Positions 52,620 through 64,000 of a stretch of 64,000 nt of DNA are shown in pieces; the first letter of the stretch is position 1; each line of letters opens with the position of its first letter. The stretch lies in NCBI RefSeq assembly GCF_006345805.1, contig NC_043001.1, positions 992,001 to 1,056,000 of the forward strand, read 5' to 3'. A program made the translations under genes and the position numbers. Source of the stretch: Octopus sinensis (Eukaryota). A model generated the notes under the pieces. That model made no database searches and was not told the origin of the DNA. It was given only the letters and a program-made list of their open reading frames with translations.

Positions 52620-52954
52620 GATAGATAGGTAGGTAGGTAGGTAGGTAGGTAGGTAGGAGGGTAGGTAGGTAGGTAGATAGATAGATAGATAGATAGATAC
52701 ATAGATAGACAGACAGATAGATAAATAGGTAGATGTATACATGTGTGTCCACGAGCATGGCTGAATGGTTAAGAAATTTACTTCTCAACTGCACAGATTT
52801 CATGCAGCTCCACTTTGTGCCGGTACCTTCTACTCTGGCCCTGAATCAGTCAAAGATTTGTGATTGCATTTGGCTGACACAAACTGAAAGATGCTTATTG
52901 TCTGTCTGTCTCTCTTTTACATAATAAATAAATATATATATATATATATATATA

Positions 52955-53486
52955 TCATCATCATCATCACCACCGTTTAACGTCCGTTTTCCATGCTGGC
53001 ATGTGTTCGACAGCTGAACTGGGGTCTGGGAAGCCAAGAGGCTGTACCAGGCTCCAGTCTGATCTGGCAGTGTTTCTACAGCTGGATGCCTTTCCTTACG
53101 CCAACCACTCTGAGAGTGTAGTGGGTGCTTTTTATGTGCCACCGGCACAGAGGCCAGAGGGGGCTGGCAATGACTACGATCAGTTGGGGCTTTTTATGAG
53201 CCACAGTCAGGGAAGCCAGTGAAGGTGGCACTGGTATTGGCCACATTCTACTCTGGATTCCTTCCACTGTTTGGGAGTGGCACTTCTTCACACAGCTCTC
53301 CTCATCCATCTACAGTATATGACCATACCAATGCAAATGTCTCTCTTGCATGCCACATCCAATTCTTCATATGTCCAACATTTATCTCGGGACGCTTCCA
53401 CTCTGTCGGGTGTACACACTAACATTACACATCCAGCAGATCATGCTAGCTTCATTTCTTTTGAGCTTAATGCACACACATACAGT

Positions 53487-53527
<41 letters not shown>

Positions 53528-53840
53528 ACATATATATAACATTCGTAGCCACTTTAACATGGCTGTCTGAAGAGGACAGGTGGAGGAAAGGTTGACGGGG
53601 ACAAAATGGGAGCAGAGGAAGGGCCCAGTGAGTATATAAAGATAAATCCTATTTATTGCTGAGCAGGACAGCTGACTTAATACCGTGAATAACCACTCAT
53701 CTTTGTCCTTTGCCTTCTCTTTCAGGTTCAACATGCTGAAGTTGGACTTCTTTCACTTTACTCCATGTCTTTCTAGGCTTCACTCTTCCACCTGTCTCAA
53801 AGGAATCCATCTGGACCATTCAAGCATGGAAAAGTGTATG
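52955..53840 (-). mobile_element. RTE 3' tail plus decayed RT C-terminal fragments
   Basis: Tail and array units at 52955-53210. The minus strand gives MDEESCVKKCH (ORF 53076). The ACATTACACATCCA block lies near 53420. Confidence 0.75.
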
Positions 53841-53943
53841 TCAAAATGCTGCTGCTGCTGTGTGTGTGTGTGTGTGTGTGTGTATTTACATAATGGCATT
53901 GCATTAGCATGACCACAGCCAACGAGTCATAAAAGGCAATTTA

Positions 53944-54002
<59 letters not shown>

Positions 54003-54027
54003 TGCATACCTATACATACATACATGC

Positions 54028-54062
<35 letters not shown>

Positions 54063-55369
54063 CACACACATACACACAAACACATGTACATCATGCACAT
54101 GGACACACGTAACAAGAACCGAGAGAGAACAATGCTTTCATAGAAATGATAAATTTATCTCTGGTGATGAGTCTCATTGAAATATGAGGAAATCTCATCT
54201 TTTGCTTGAACTCTGCTTAAAAATAAACCTCGCTCTCCTCTTAATGAATATCAATAAGTGTCAGTAAGCTAAAATCAATTTCTTACATTAAGGAAAAACT
54301 CGACCCAACCAAGAGAAGCGTCTCCTGCTATGCGTTTCATGTATTTCTCCTGATTAGTATGCACCTAGTTGTCATTAGCAACTTAATTTATCTTTAGATT
54401 GTCTGGAGCCCAGGAAGTGTTTGTGCTTCTCTGCAGATAGATTTCTGAGACTCGTGACAGAAGGCTGTATGTAAAATTGTATCATCGTGGTTCTTCTCCT
54501 TTTCTTTCTTGTCTGTGAGTATGAATGCATCACTACCACCACCACCACCACTACTGCTACTACTACTGATGATGATGATGATGATAACAACAGTAATAAT
54601 AGATGAAAAATAATCTCTGAACAAGAGGAGGTTTTTCGATGTAGATTAGGAGAAATGATGGAAAAGTTCTCTCATATTTCAAGTTGATTAACGAACTTCA
54701 ATGCAACAAGAGCAACCAGTACATGGTCACTCACCTTTTTAGAAATAGCAGTCAGATATTCTGCAATTACCGCATATCATCTTAAAACTAAAAAGAAGGA
54801 TAAACGGGACAATATAGTTCTAGATGCAAACAAGTGAGGTGGTCATGGTTGGGTAACCATAGGCCACTGACCTATTCAGTCAGGACTGACCAAAGAGCAA
54901 ACGATAGCAACAATTATATTGATCACTCAAGTGACCAGTCTGTTGACAGGCTAAACTGAAATGACCAAGATGAGAAGTTGAGATCCAGAACCAAAAGGAC
55001 ATGCTCCTCCGTCAGTTCCGACAAGCAAAATTCAAGGCATTTTATTATAATTCAGGATGGAGTAGAAATATTAGGAATAGTTAGGGTAACGGGATACAAC
55101 CAAGATGCAAGCAGAAAGGTCATATCACTTTTTGCCCCCCCCCCCCCAACTGTTGTAGGCACGGCCAAGAGATTGAATTCTGTAGAAGTAATGAGAATAA
55201 AATACAGAGCAACAGTAAGCAGTAACAGCACTAAAGAATCCACAAGTCTCTTTGAACTTTGAAGTTTGCAATTCCTCATGCAGTGAAAATTATTTTTGAT
55301 GGACAAATTTATATGATTCAATGTCACTTTGAAATCAGATCAACCAGAGTTCAGTATCAGCCACAGAGA

Positions 55370-55418
55370 GATTTAGCTGCTATTTCTGGCCAATTGAATG
55401 ACACTATACATACATACA

Positions 55419-55454
<36 letters not shown>

Positions 55455-55503
55455 TGTATAGATATATAGCGTCGTTCAATTGGCCAGAAATAGCAGCTAA
55501 ATC
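55370..55503. repeat. 39-bp inverted repeat around a (CATA)/(TA) spacer
   Basis: Arms 55370-55408 and 55465-55503 differ at 2 positions. Confidence 0.9.
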
Positions 55504-55505
55504 CC

Positions 55506-55538
<33 letters not shown>

Positions 55539-55865
55539 ATATATATACATACATACGCATACATACACACATATATGCATGTGTATGTTTTTTTTTGTGT
55601 ACACACACATGCACACAGATAGACACACATACATTATACTTTTAGAAGAAGAGAGGTGATAATGACTTTGATGTTTTGACCTGCAAAATTTCTTTGGAAT
55701 AGCAGACTGAAACTTGGAAGTCACTGTCACCTGTTTTCTTGTAAGAGTATAATAAATATGTACTTTGCAAAAAGTATTGAATAATTTTTGAGTTTAATTA
55801 AAATTGTTATTATAACTCAATTTAAAAACATTTATATATATGTGTGTATGTGTATATATATATAT

Positions 55866-56667
55866 AGGAAGGCGTTAGGAAGGGCATCCAGCTGTAGAAA
55901 CACTGCCACATCTGACTGGCCTGGTGTAGCCTTCGGGCTTCCCAGACCCCAGTTGAACCGTCCAACCCATGCTAGCATGGAAAGCGGACGTTAAACGATG
56001 ATGATGATGATGATGATGATGATGATATATATATATATACACACACATTGGGCCTCACGGAGGCAATGACAAACGAGCGAGACCTCTGGAGGTATGCTGA
56101 GACTGAGAAGACCTGTCAAATAAAGTGAGTTCACAGCTATAACCACACCAGTGTCACATAACCAGCCCACTCAAAAGTACCCTGGATCATAGGGCGACAT
56201 GCCATGCTTGGGGAGACCTATTGAGTCAAGTACATCAACATCAAAATCAAATCAAATTACAATCAAATGGAAATTGTAGTTGTAACCCCTGTGCCAGTGG
56301 ATAGTAAAAAGCACCATCCGTTCGTGTCTGTTGCCAGCCTTGCCTGGCCCCCGTGCCGGTGGCACGTAAAAGCACCATCCGCTCCTGTCCGTTGCCAGCC
56401 TCGCCTGGACCCCGTGCTGGTGGCCCGTAAAAGCACCATCCGTTCATGGCCGTTTGCCAGCTCTGTCTGGCACCTGTGTGGGTGGCACGTAAAAAGCACC
56501 CACTACACTCACGGAGTGGTTGGCGTTAGGAAGGGCATCCAGCCGTAGAAACACTGCCAGATCAGACTGGGCCTGATGCAGCCTTCTGGCTTCACAGACC
56601 CCAGTTGAACCGTCCAACCCATGCTAGCATGAAAAGCGGACGCTAAATGATGATGATGATGATGATG
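55866..56667 (+). mobile_element. Two adjacent RTE 3' tails, the second with a 4-unit array
   Basis: Short tail at 55866-56025 and long 3' UTR at 56048-56667, with units at 56299, 56361, 56422 and 56484. Confidence 0.88.
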
Positions 56668-56789
56668 TATAATAGCTACAACAGACATTAGGAATGTACA
56701 GAAACTAGACTTTGTTAAGTGCCTGGGGGCATCCTTAGAAGTAGCAGAGAGCTTCTGATATCTACGTGACAAAGTCAGCAGTGGAAGAG

Positions 56790-57665
56790 AATAAGAGAAT
56801 GTTCTGAGAGTGTAGCTGCTAAAATTAGAACAACTGGGCAAAGTTCAGAGAGCTTCTACCTTTGTTAGTAATAAAGGGCTTCATCCTCAGAGAAAAACAG
56901 ATTGTATGATGCCTGTGTGTGAACAGCCATGTTGTATGGCAGTAAAACATGGGCTGTGGCTGTAGAAGACTTGCAAAACCTTGAAAGAAATGAAGGTAGC
57001 ATGCTCTGCTAGATGTTCAATCTTAGTTTGGATGTATGACAGAGAATAAGTGTCTTATGAGAAAAGCTGAGTATAAGAAGCATCAGCTGTAGGATTACGG
57101 GAGAGAAGACTCTGCTAGTATGATCCTGTGATACATATGGAGGAGGACAGCTGTGTAAAGATATGCCAATCTCTAAATGAGGAAGGAACCAGTGGAAGAG
57201 ATAGACCTAGGAAGACACAAGACGAGGTGGTGAAATGTGATTGTCAGGTGACGAGTCCAATGGAGGTGATGACAAGTGACTGAGACTTCTGGTGAACTGC
57301 TGGATTTGAAAAGATATGTGAAGCTAAGTGGAATTGTGGTCATGGTCAGTGCCAGCGACATGTGAGAGGCACTCGTGCCAGTGACACATCAAAGGCACCT
57401 GTGCCAGTGATATGTAAACGGCAACTATGATGCTAGTGATATGCAAAAGGCGTGAGTGCTGGTGACATGTAAAAGGTCCCCATTTTAGTGACTCATAAAA
57501 GACACCCAGTACACTCAGTAATGTGGTTGGCATTAGGAAAGGTCTCCAGCCTTAGAGACCAAGTGAAATGCAGATTGGAACCTGAGTTCCAGCTCTCTAG
57601 CTTACCATCTCCAGTCAAACCATCTAACCCATGCCAGCATGGGAAAGAGATGTTAAATGATGACG
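56790..57665 (+). mobile_element. Old RTE 3' portion with a short-period array
   Basis: Decayed W.KFRELLP.L, LYDACV.TAMLYGS and GRPRKT motifs. ~26-bp units at 57345-57512, and a tail ending ATGATGA. Confidence 0.8.
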
Positions 57666-57907
57666 ACCATGGTTCCAGGTTCAGTCCCACTGCACATTGA
57701 GCAAGGGACTTCTACTCTAGCCTCAGGCCAACCAAAGCCCTGTAAGTGGATTTGGTAGAAGGAAACGGAAAGAATACCAAACATGTTTGTGTGTGTCCTG
57801 TGTCTGTTTGTCCCCCACCACATCTTGGTACCAAGGGGTTGATTCATTCAAGTAAAACTGCTTCAAGGTGGTGCTCCAGCATGACTGCATTCTAATGACT
57901 GAAAGAA

Positions 57908-57944
<37 letters not shown>

Positions 57945-58959
57945 GTATGTATGCATGCATGTTTGTACACCTACATTCATAGAGACACATTCATTCATTG
58001 CTTCATGTCAATGCTGTTTTAGAAGCTAAGGGAGCTCTTGAGCTCTTTGACCTGTTTGGTTTGTGGTGCCAGAACCAAGTTGAGGAACTCTGACATGCTA
58101 AAAGAAGGAATACAGTTCTAACAAATTCTAATTTCAAGTAAAAAGTCAAGAGTTAAAATAACATTGGACAACTTTAAAAGATAACAAAGTTTAAATTTGG
58201 TTACAGAGAGAATTATATTTGCATAAAGATTAACTTGATTTTTAAAAACAATATAATTTGTATGATTAAAGCAGAGAATCTGATGCATAAATATTGGGAA
58301 GTTGTATTAAAGAAACTCGCATCCCATAAGGCTGGTTGACTAAACAACTCTCTAAATATATGTTGTTTAAGTGTAGGCTTAATTACTGTAGAGTCAAAAA
58401 GAATTTATAATGAAGTGAAATTAAAATGGTAATTGGAAAAAAATCCATTAGTGTTAAAGATAATTGTTGTCAAAATTGGCAAGGGAGAGAATTAAAAAAT
58501 TTAAATTGATTGAAAATCAAATGGAGACATGTAAAAGAGAAGTTGGTGGTGGTGATGGTTGTTGCTGTTGCTGTGGTGGTGGTAATGATAGTGGTGAGTC
58601 TTTCTAAATACCCTTTTGTCATCTGTAATAGACATATTGGGAGAAAGATATTGAGTCTAAATCTATAAAGTGCATCCTTACAGGATATACTTATTACTAA
58701 TGTTAGCTTAATGTAATAAGATGTAAAACGTTATATATATAAGCATAAGTGTAGTAAGAAATTTGATTTTGTGTCTGTGTTTATCCCCTACCACTATTTG
58801 ACAACCAGTGTTGGTGTGTTTACATCTCTGTAACTTAGCAGTTCAGCAAAAGAGACTGATAGAATAAGTACCAGGCTTCAAATACTTCAAAGTGGAGTCC
58901 CAGCATTGCTATAGTCTAATGACTGAGACAAATTAAAAATAATATATATATATATATAT

Positions 58960-59186
58960 TTCTTTATTGCCCACAAGGGGCTAAACATAGAGGGGACAAA
59001 CAAAGACAGACAAAGGGATTAAGTCGATTACATCGACCCCAATGCATAACAGGTACTTAATTTATCGACCCAAAAGGATGAAAGGCAAAGTCGACCTCAG
59101 TGGAATTTGAACTCAGAACGTAATGACAGACGAAATACCACTAAGCATTTTGCCCAGCGTGCTAACGTGCCTGCCAGCTCGCCGCC
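58960..59186 (-). mobile_element. tRNA-derived SINE (family A)
   Basis: Near-consensus core GGATGAAAGGCAAAGTCGACCTC..GGAATTTGAACTCAGAACG. Confidence 0.88.
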
Positions 59187-59296
59187 TATATAAAATTTAA
59201 AATAGGATAAAATCTTTATAAGAATTCATCAAGTAGTCAGAGTGAAAACCATATAAGGGAAAAATTTATAAATATTTCCTTTACGTAAATATATTT

Positions 59297-59450
59297 ATTT
59301 ATATTAAGGGCATTACTACACACAAATGCTTCATGCTGTTAGAGACTCTTAAAGTCAAAACTACCATAATAAATACATTATGGTAGTTTTGACTTTAAGA
59401 GTCCCTAATAGCATGAGGCATTTATGTGTAGTAATGCCCTTAATATAAAT
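59297..59450. repeat. Fold-back: 74-bp arms and a 6-nt loop
   Basis: 59297-59370 versus 59377-59450 shows 4 transitions and no indels. Confidence 0.95.
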
Positions 59451-59725
59451 ATATATGTATGTGTGTGTATATATATACATACATAAAAGATATGAGGGTT
59501 CTAGTTCATTGGTGATCTAAGTGAACAGGTATGCTGAATAAGTGATATAATTGGTTATTCGTTAAGTTCCAAGTTCACAGCTGAGGCTGGAGCTATGAAT
59601 CCGTATTTGGCTTCCAAGTTAGCAGGTATACATTAGAGGAAAAAGACATCAAAAACCAAGGCAGTATGAGTATCTCGAGTCATTTATAATAATTTAATTA
59701 AGGTGACGTCAATTTGAAGTCTTAG

Positions 59726-59797
59726 AGCTGTTTCTGGGATATCCCAAGTGATAAACTAGCATGTCCATACACTGGGCATTTCCTCATCAGAGACAAG
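59726..59797 (+). other. Candidate 72-nt phase-0 exon (SCFWDIPSDKLACPYTGHFLIRDK)
   Basis: gtcttAG acceptor and a consensus AAG|GTGAGT donor. Only one frame is open. No homology recognised. Confidence 0.3.
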
Positions 59798-60149
59798 GTG
59801 AGTATGTTTGAAAGTTCTAGGCAGGGAAATTTACAGGAATTCATATAGATATCTCATCGTCATCATCATCGTTACCATTTAATGTTCACTGACGTGGGTT
59901 AGACAGTTTCACAGGAACTGGTAAGCCAGGGAGTTGCACCAGGTTCCAGTCTGATTTGGATTGATTTCTATGGCTGGATGCCCTTCCTAATGTTAAACAA
60001 CTCTAAGAGTGTAATGGGTGATTTTTACATGCCACTGGTATGAGTGCCATTTTCATGACACCAGCAACAGCCATGGCTATGATTTCACAGATATCATTCG
60101 CATGACACTAGCAATGGCCACAACTATATATATATATATATATATATAC

Positions 60150-60345
60150 TTAATCCCAAGAGAAATGAGAAAAACACAGGGGAAAAACAATGCAAGGATG
60201 TGGTACATGCAAAGTATTAGCAGACACTCAGGGAAGGAAAGAAAAGTAGTTTTATGTTTCGAGCAAAGCTCTTCATCAGGAACAGGAGAGAAGGAAAATG
60301 GAGGAAAAAATCGCCAACGATCCACATGTGGTTACATTTAAAAAC
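60150..60345 (-). mobile_element. Penelope-like terminal repeat fragment with a minimal hammerhead ribozyme core
   Basis: The minus strand at 60283-60249 reads GTTC-CTGATGA-A-GAGC-TTT-GCTC-GAAA-CATA-AAAC. Confidence 0.6.
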
Positions 60346-60363
60346 AAAAGAATATATATATGT

Positions 60364-61660
60364 ATAATAAGTAGAAAGGCAGACAAGCCACAAATCCCTT
60401 CAGGTAGATGGACCTGCTCGATATGTAGAAAAGACATAGGTAAAAACTCCATAAGATGTACCCAGTGTAAGCTATGGACACATAAGAAGGTTAATTGGAA
60501 AGATTGATTTTGTGTGTGGCAAATGCTCAGGGACAGTAAACACTGAAAATGTGCAGAAAACAGCTTCCGTCACATTCCAGGGGGAAAAACTACAACTCCT
60601 TGCTAGCTTCTGTTACCTAGGTGACCAAGTCAGTAGCGGGAGTGTTGAGGGAGCTCCTACCTTTGCTGGTGACAAAGGACCACTTCCTCAGAGTAAAAGG
60701 TACTGTATGATGCATGTGTGTGAACAGCCATGCTACATGGCAGTGAAACATGGGCCGTGACTGCTGAGGATGTGTGTAAGCTTGCATGGAATGAAGTTAA
60801 TATGCTCCACTGGATGTGTAATGTCAGTGTGCATACATCGCAGAGTGTAAGTGCCCTGAGAGAAAAGTTGGACTTAAGAAACATCAGATGTGGTGTGCAA
60901 GAGAGATGACTGCACTGGTATGGTCATGTGTTGCATATGGATGAGGACAGCTGGGTGAAAATATGTCACACCCTAGCAGTAGAGGGAACCTGTGGAATAG
61001 GTAGACCCAAGAAGACCTGAGATGAGGTGGTGAAGCATGACCTTCGAATGTTGGGCCTCACTGAGGTGATGACATGTGACTGAGACCTTTGGAGATATGC
61101 TGTGCTTGAGAAAACCCAGCAAGTCCAGTAAGACCATAATTGTGGCCTATGCCAGTGCAGCATAACCAACCCATTTAAAAGTATCCTTCAATCACTGGGC
61201 AATAAACTGCGCTTGTGAAGACCTATTGAGGTAAGTGAAGTTGTTGTCAAGGCCAATGACAGTACCGTCTGGTTGGCACATGAGCCAGTGGCACGTAAAA
61301 AGTACCATTTGAGTGTGGCCGATGCCAGTGCCAGCTGACTTGTGCCATGCTGATGGCACGTAAAAAGCACCATTCAAGCGTGGTTGTTACCAGTGCTGCC
61401 TGACTGGTCCCCATGCTGGTGGCACATAAAAAGCACTATTCAAGCATGGTTGATGCCAGTACCGCCTGAGTGGCCCTCATGCCAGTGGTACATAAAAAAA
61501 CATCCACCACACTCTCGGAGTGGTTGGCGTTAGGAAGGGCATCCAACTATAGAAGCACTGCCAGATCGGATTGGAGCCTGGTGCAGCCTTCTGGCTCACC
61601 AGTGCTCAGTCAAACCGTCCAACCCATGTCAGCATGGAAAGACAACGTTAAATGATGCTG
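60364..61660 (+). mobile_element. 5'-truncated RTE LINE (frameshifted) with a 4-unit 3' UTR array
   Basis: ISRKADKPQIPSGRWTCSICRK...CTQCKLWTHK and YLGDQVSSG. Units lie at 61290, 61355, 61421 and 61487. Confidence 0.9.
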
Positions 61661-62449
61661 ATGACTTTATATATATATATACCTATATATATATATGCAT
61701 TTATACTACCATTCCAAAGCATATAATCCATTGAGGAAGCTCTTTTTTTGGTTGCTTGAAGTGACAGAAAGCACAGCCAACCAAATCTCCCCCAAGCCAC
61801 ATCATGATGTCTAAAAATATTGGTTCCACAAAAGAGCACCCACTGCACTCAGTAAAGTGGTCAACATTAGCAAAGACATCAGTCATAGAAATCCTACAAA
61901 CGTAGACACTGAAGTTTGACAATGTCCTGCAACCATCCAGGCCATGATAGCATGGAATATGCGCATTAAATGATGATAAAGATGTGTGTGTGTGTGCACG
62001 CATGTGTGTGTGTGAAGGTGCATGACGTAATGGTTTGGCTATTGGGCTCATATTCATGAAGTTTTGGGTTCAATTCCTTGATTGAGAGATGCCTTACTTC
62101 TGAATAAGGCTCACCATTTCATATTGCCCCAATTTACTTTGCTGATAATGAGTACCAGCCAGAGTACTGGTGCAGTTTTCTCTCTCACTTTGTCCCCCCC
62201 CCCCAGTTGTCACATTGTTGATGTTTCAGTGGGACAGTGGATGGAGCGTGATGAGGGTGTCTAGGCTTGCTCGTGACTACACAGGCAGCTAAAACTATTT
62301 ACAAGACCATGGCAGATGTTACCTCATCACACTCAGTTTAGTGACAGTTATGATGATTTATACGTGTGTGTGTGTGTGTGTGTGTGTGTGGTCCTCTCAT
62401 TATAAGCTGTCATACCAAGCTACATGGTGACTCTGTCTGAGCTGGTGCC

Positions 62450-62665
62450 ATTTAAAAAGTACTGGTGCTGAGACCACACGAAAAGTGCCCAGTATGCTCT
62501 GTAAACCAATTGGCATTAGGAAGGGCACCCAGCCATGGAAACCAGGCCAAAACAGACAATGGAACCGGGTGTGACTCCTGGCTTCACCAACTCCTGTCAA
62601 ACCGTCCAACCCATGCCAGCATGGAAAATGGACGTTAAATGATAATGATGATGATTATGATGATG
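62450..62665 (+). mobile_element. RTE 3' tail
   Basis: GGCATTAGGAAGGGCACCCAGCC...CCAACCCATGCCAGCATGGAAAATGGACGTTAAATGA(TGA)n. Confidence 0.8.
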
Positions 62666-64000
62666 TCTGAGGAATACTCAGCCGTACATTTATTCAATGA
62701 GCAGATAATTCAATCGATCTAACAACTGAAAACTCATCATGGAAACTGATAGGGTTCATCTTTTTATAATCTAGGGAAAATTGGGAAGTAAAAGTCATTC
62801 TGTACTATCCCACAATGCCTAGTTGTGAACTGGCAAGGGATCCTTAAGAGAGTCACTTGACTGACTAGAAACAGTAGCAAAAATCTTTCTCAAATGACAC
62901 CACCATCTCACAAGAGAGAAGGAAACATCAAATAATGTTTCCAAGACACCACAAAACTAGACAGGTTTGTCATGGCTGGAAGCGTTGGTCAGCTCAGTTA
63001 AAATTTACCTGATCAACAACAATATTAAGACAATTGTAGACACCGTGTTGTTTTATATAAATTATTTTCCAGATTTACATAATATTTGTTAACAGAAAAA
63101 AATCTGTTTAATAGGAGCAAAAAAGTAAAAAACTTCCACACATGTAAAACTTGGAGATATTTAATATGCTCCACATTTAGTGATAAAAATGTAATTAATA
63201 AATCTCGTTTATTATCTACTTTCCTCAGTCCTTCCGAATTTTCTCTCAAATACATGTTATACAGCAAATTGATGACATTCACTCACACATATTTTTACAC
63301 ACACACACAAAAGCACACAATCTACAGGGCTTCTATTGTTACAGCAATCTCTCTCCCTCCTTCATTCACAATCTCCAAAGCATGCACACGTGCACGTGCA
63401 CACACACACATACACAAGCACATACACAGTCTACCAGCTATTTTCACATCTCTCTCCACCTTCCCAACGTATATACAAACACACACTATCTTCTACTTTC
63501 AATCTGTAGACATTGTTGTTACACACCATCACGTTGTGACCATATCAAACTGCGCCTACTTTTACAAAAGCTAACAGAAACTCCCCCAGGCCTCAATAAA
63601 AGCAGCCGTTACTTCATCGTCTCTTAATCCTGTTTGGAACGTTTGACATTAGCTTTGTAATTGGCATGGAGTTAAGTGTTAATTATGTCACAGAACTAAC
63701 AAAAATTACCATCTCCTCTGCAGTAGAAAGATGTAATGACAAAATGTGAGGAGCGTTAGGTGGTTGGATTAAAGAGATCTAACAGATGGACAGTTTAGCA
63801 AATAGTCACAGAAACTAGGAGTGCTAGAGACAGTTTCACCATTTCAAGTTGGCAGTGCTGGTGTTGTTGTTGTTGTTGTTGTTGATAATTCCAGGTCAGA
63901 CTTGACTAAGCAGACCCATGATCAACGATTGCAATCCAGCATTTTCCAGCTTGCCTCATCTTTTTCTATGTCCAGAAATACATTATCTAATATGTGCTAC

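Noticed and set aside
54160-54350. C/D-box snoRNA (GTGATGA near 54165)
   Set aside because: No suitably placed CTGA D box with a terminal stem.
63025-63627. Overlapping ORFs of 162, 85 and 81 aa near the window end
   Set aside because: Non-ATG starts, CA-repeat content and no recognisable domain. A possible promoter/UTR role cannot be supported from sequence alone.

Overview
AT-rich eukaryotic genomic DNA dominated by microsatellites and interspersed repeats. The repeat repertoire suggests a coleoid cephalopod (Octopus-like) intronic or intergenic region; this is inference. I could not recognise any host protein-coding gene. Most ORF-track entries are microsatellite read-throughs or transposon fragments. 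Supported content: two near full-length Tc1/mariner elements with TIRs (a mariner, and a Tc1 with ~36-residue D-E spacing), DD37D (maT-type) remnants, several RTE-clade LINE copies plus about 20 RTE 3' tails, an R4/Dong-like LINE carrying two nested insertions, CR1/L2-like 3' ends, at least three tRNA-derived SINE families, and Penelope-like ends. Most notable observations: a repeat-spacer VNTR array in the RTE 3' UTR, a PHD-type finger inside the RTE reverse transcriptase, minimal hammerhead-ribozyme signatures, three long fold-back structures, and a shared SINE/LINE 3' tail. Candidate exons are low confidence. Repeat boundaries are approximate unless a TIR or TSD is quoted.
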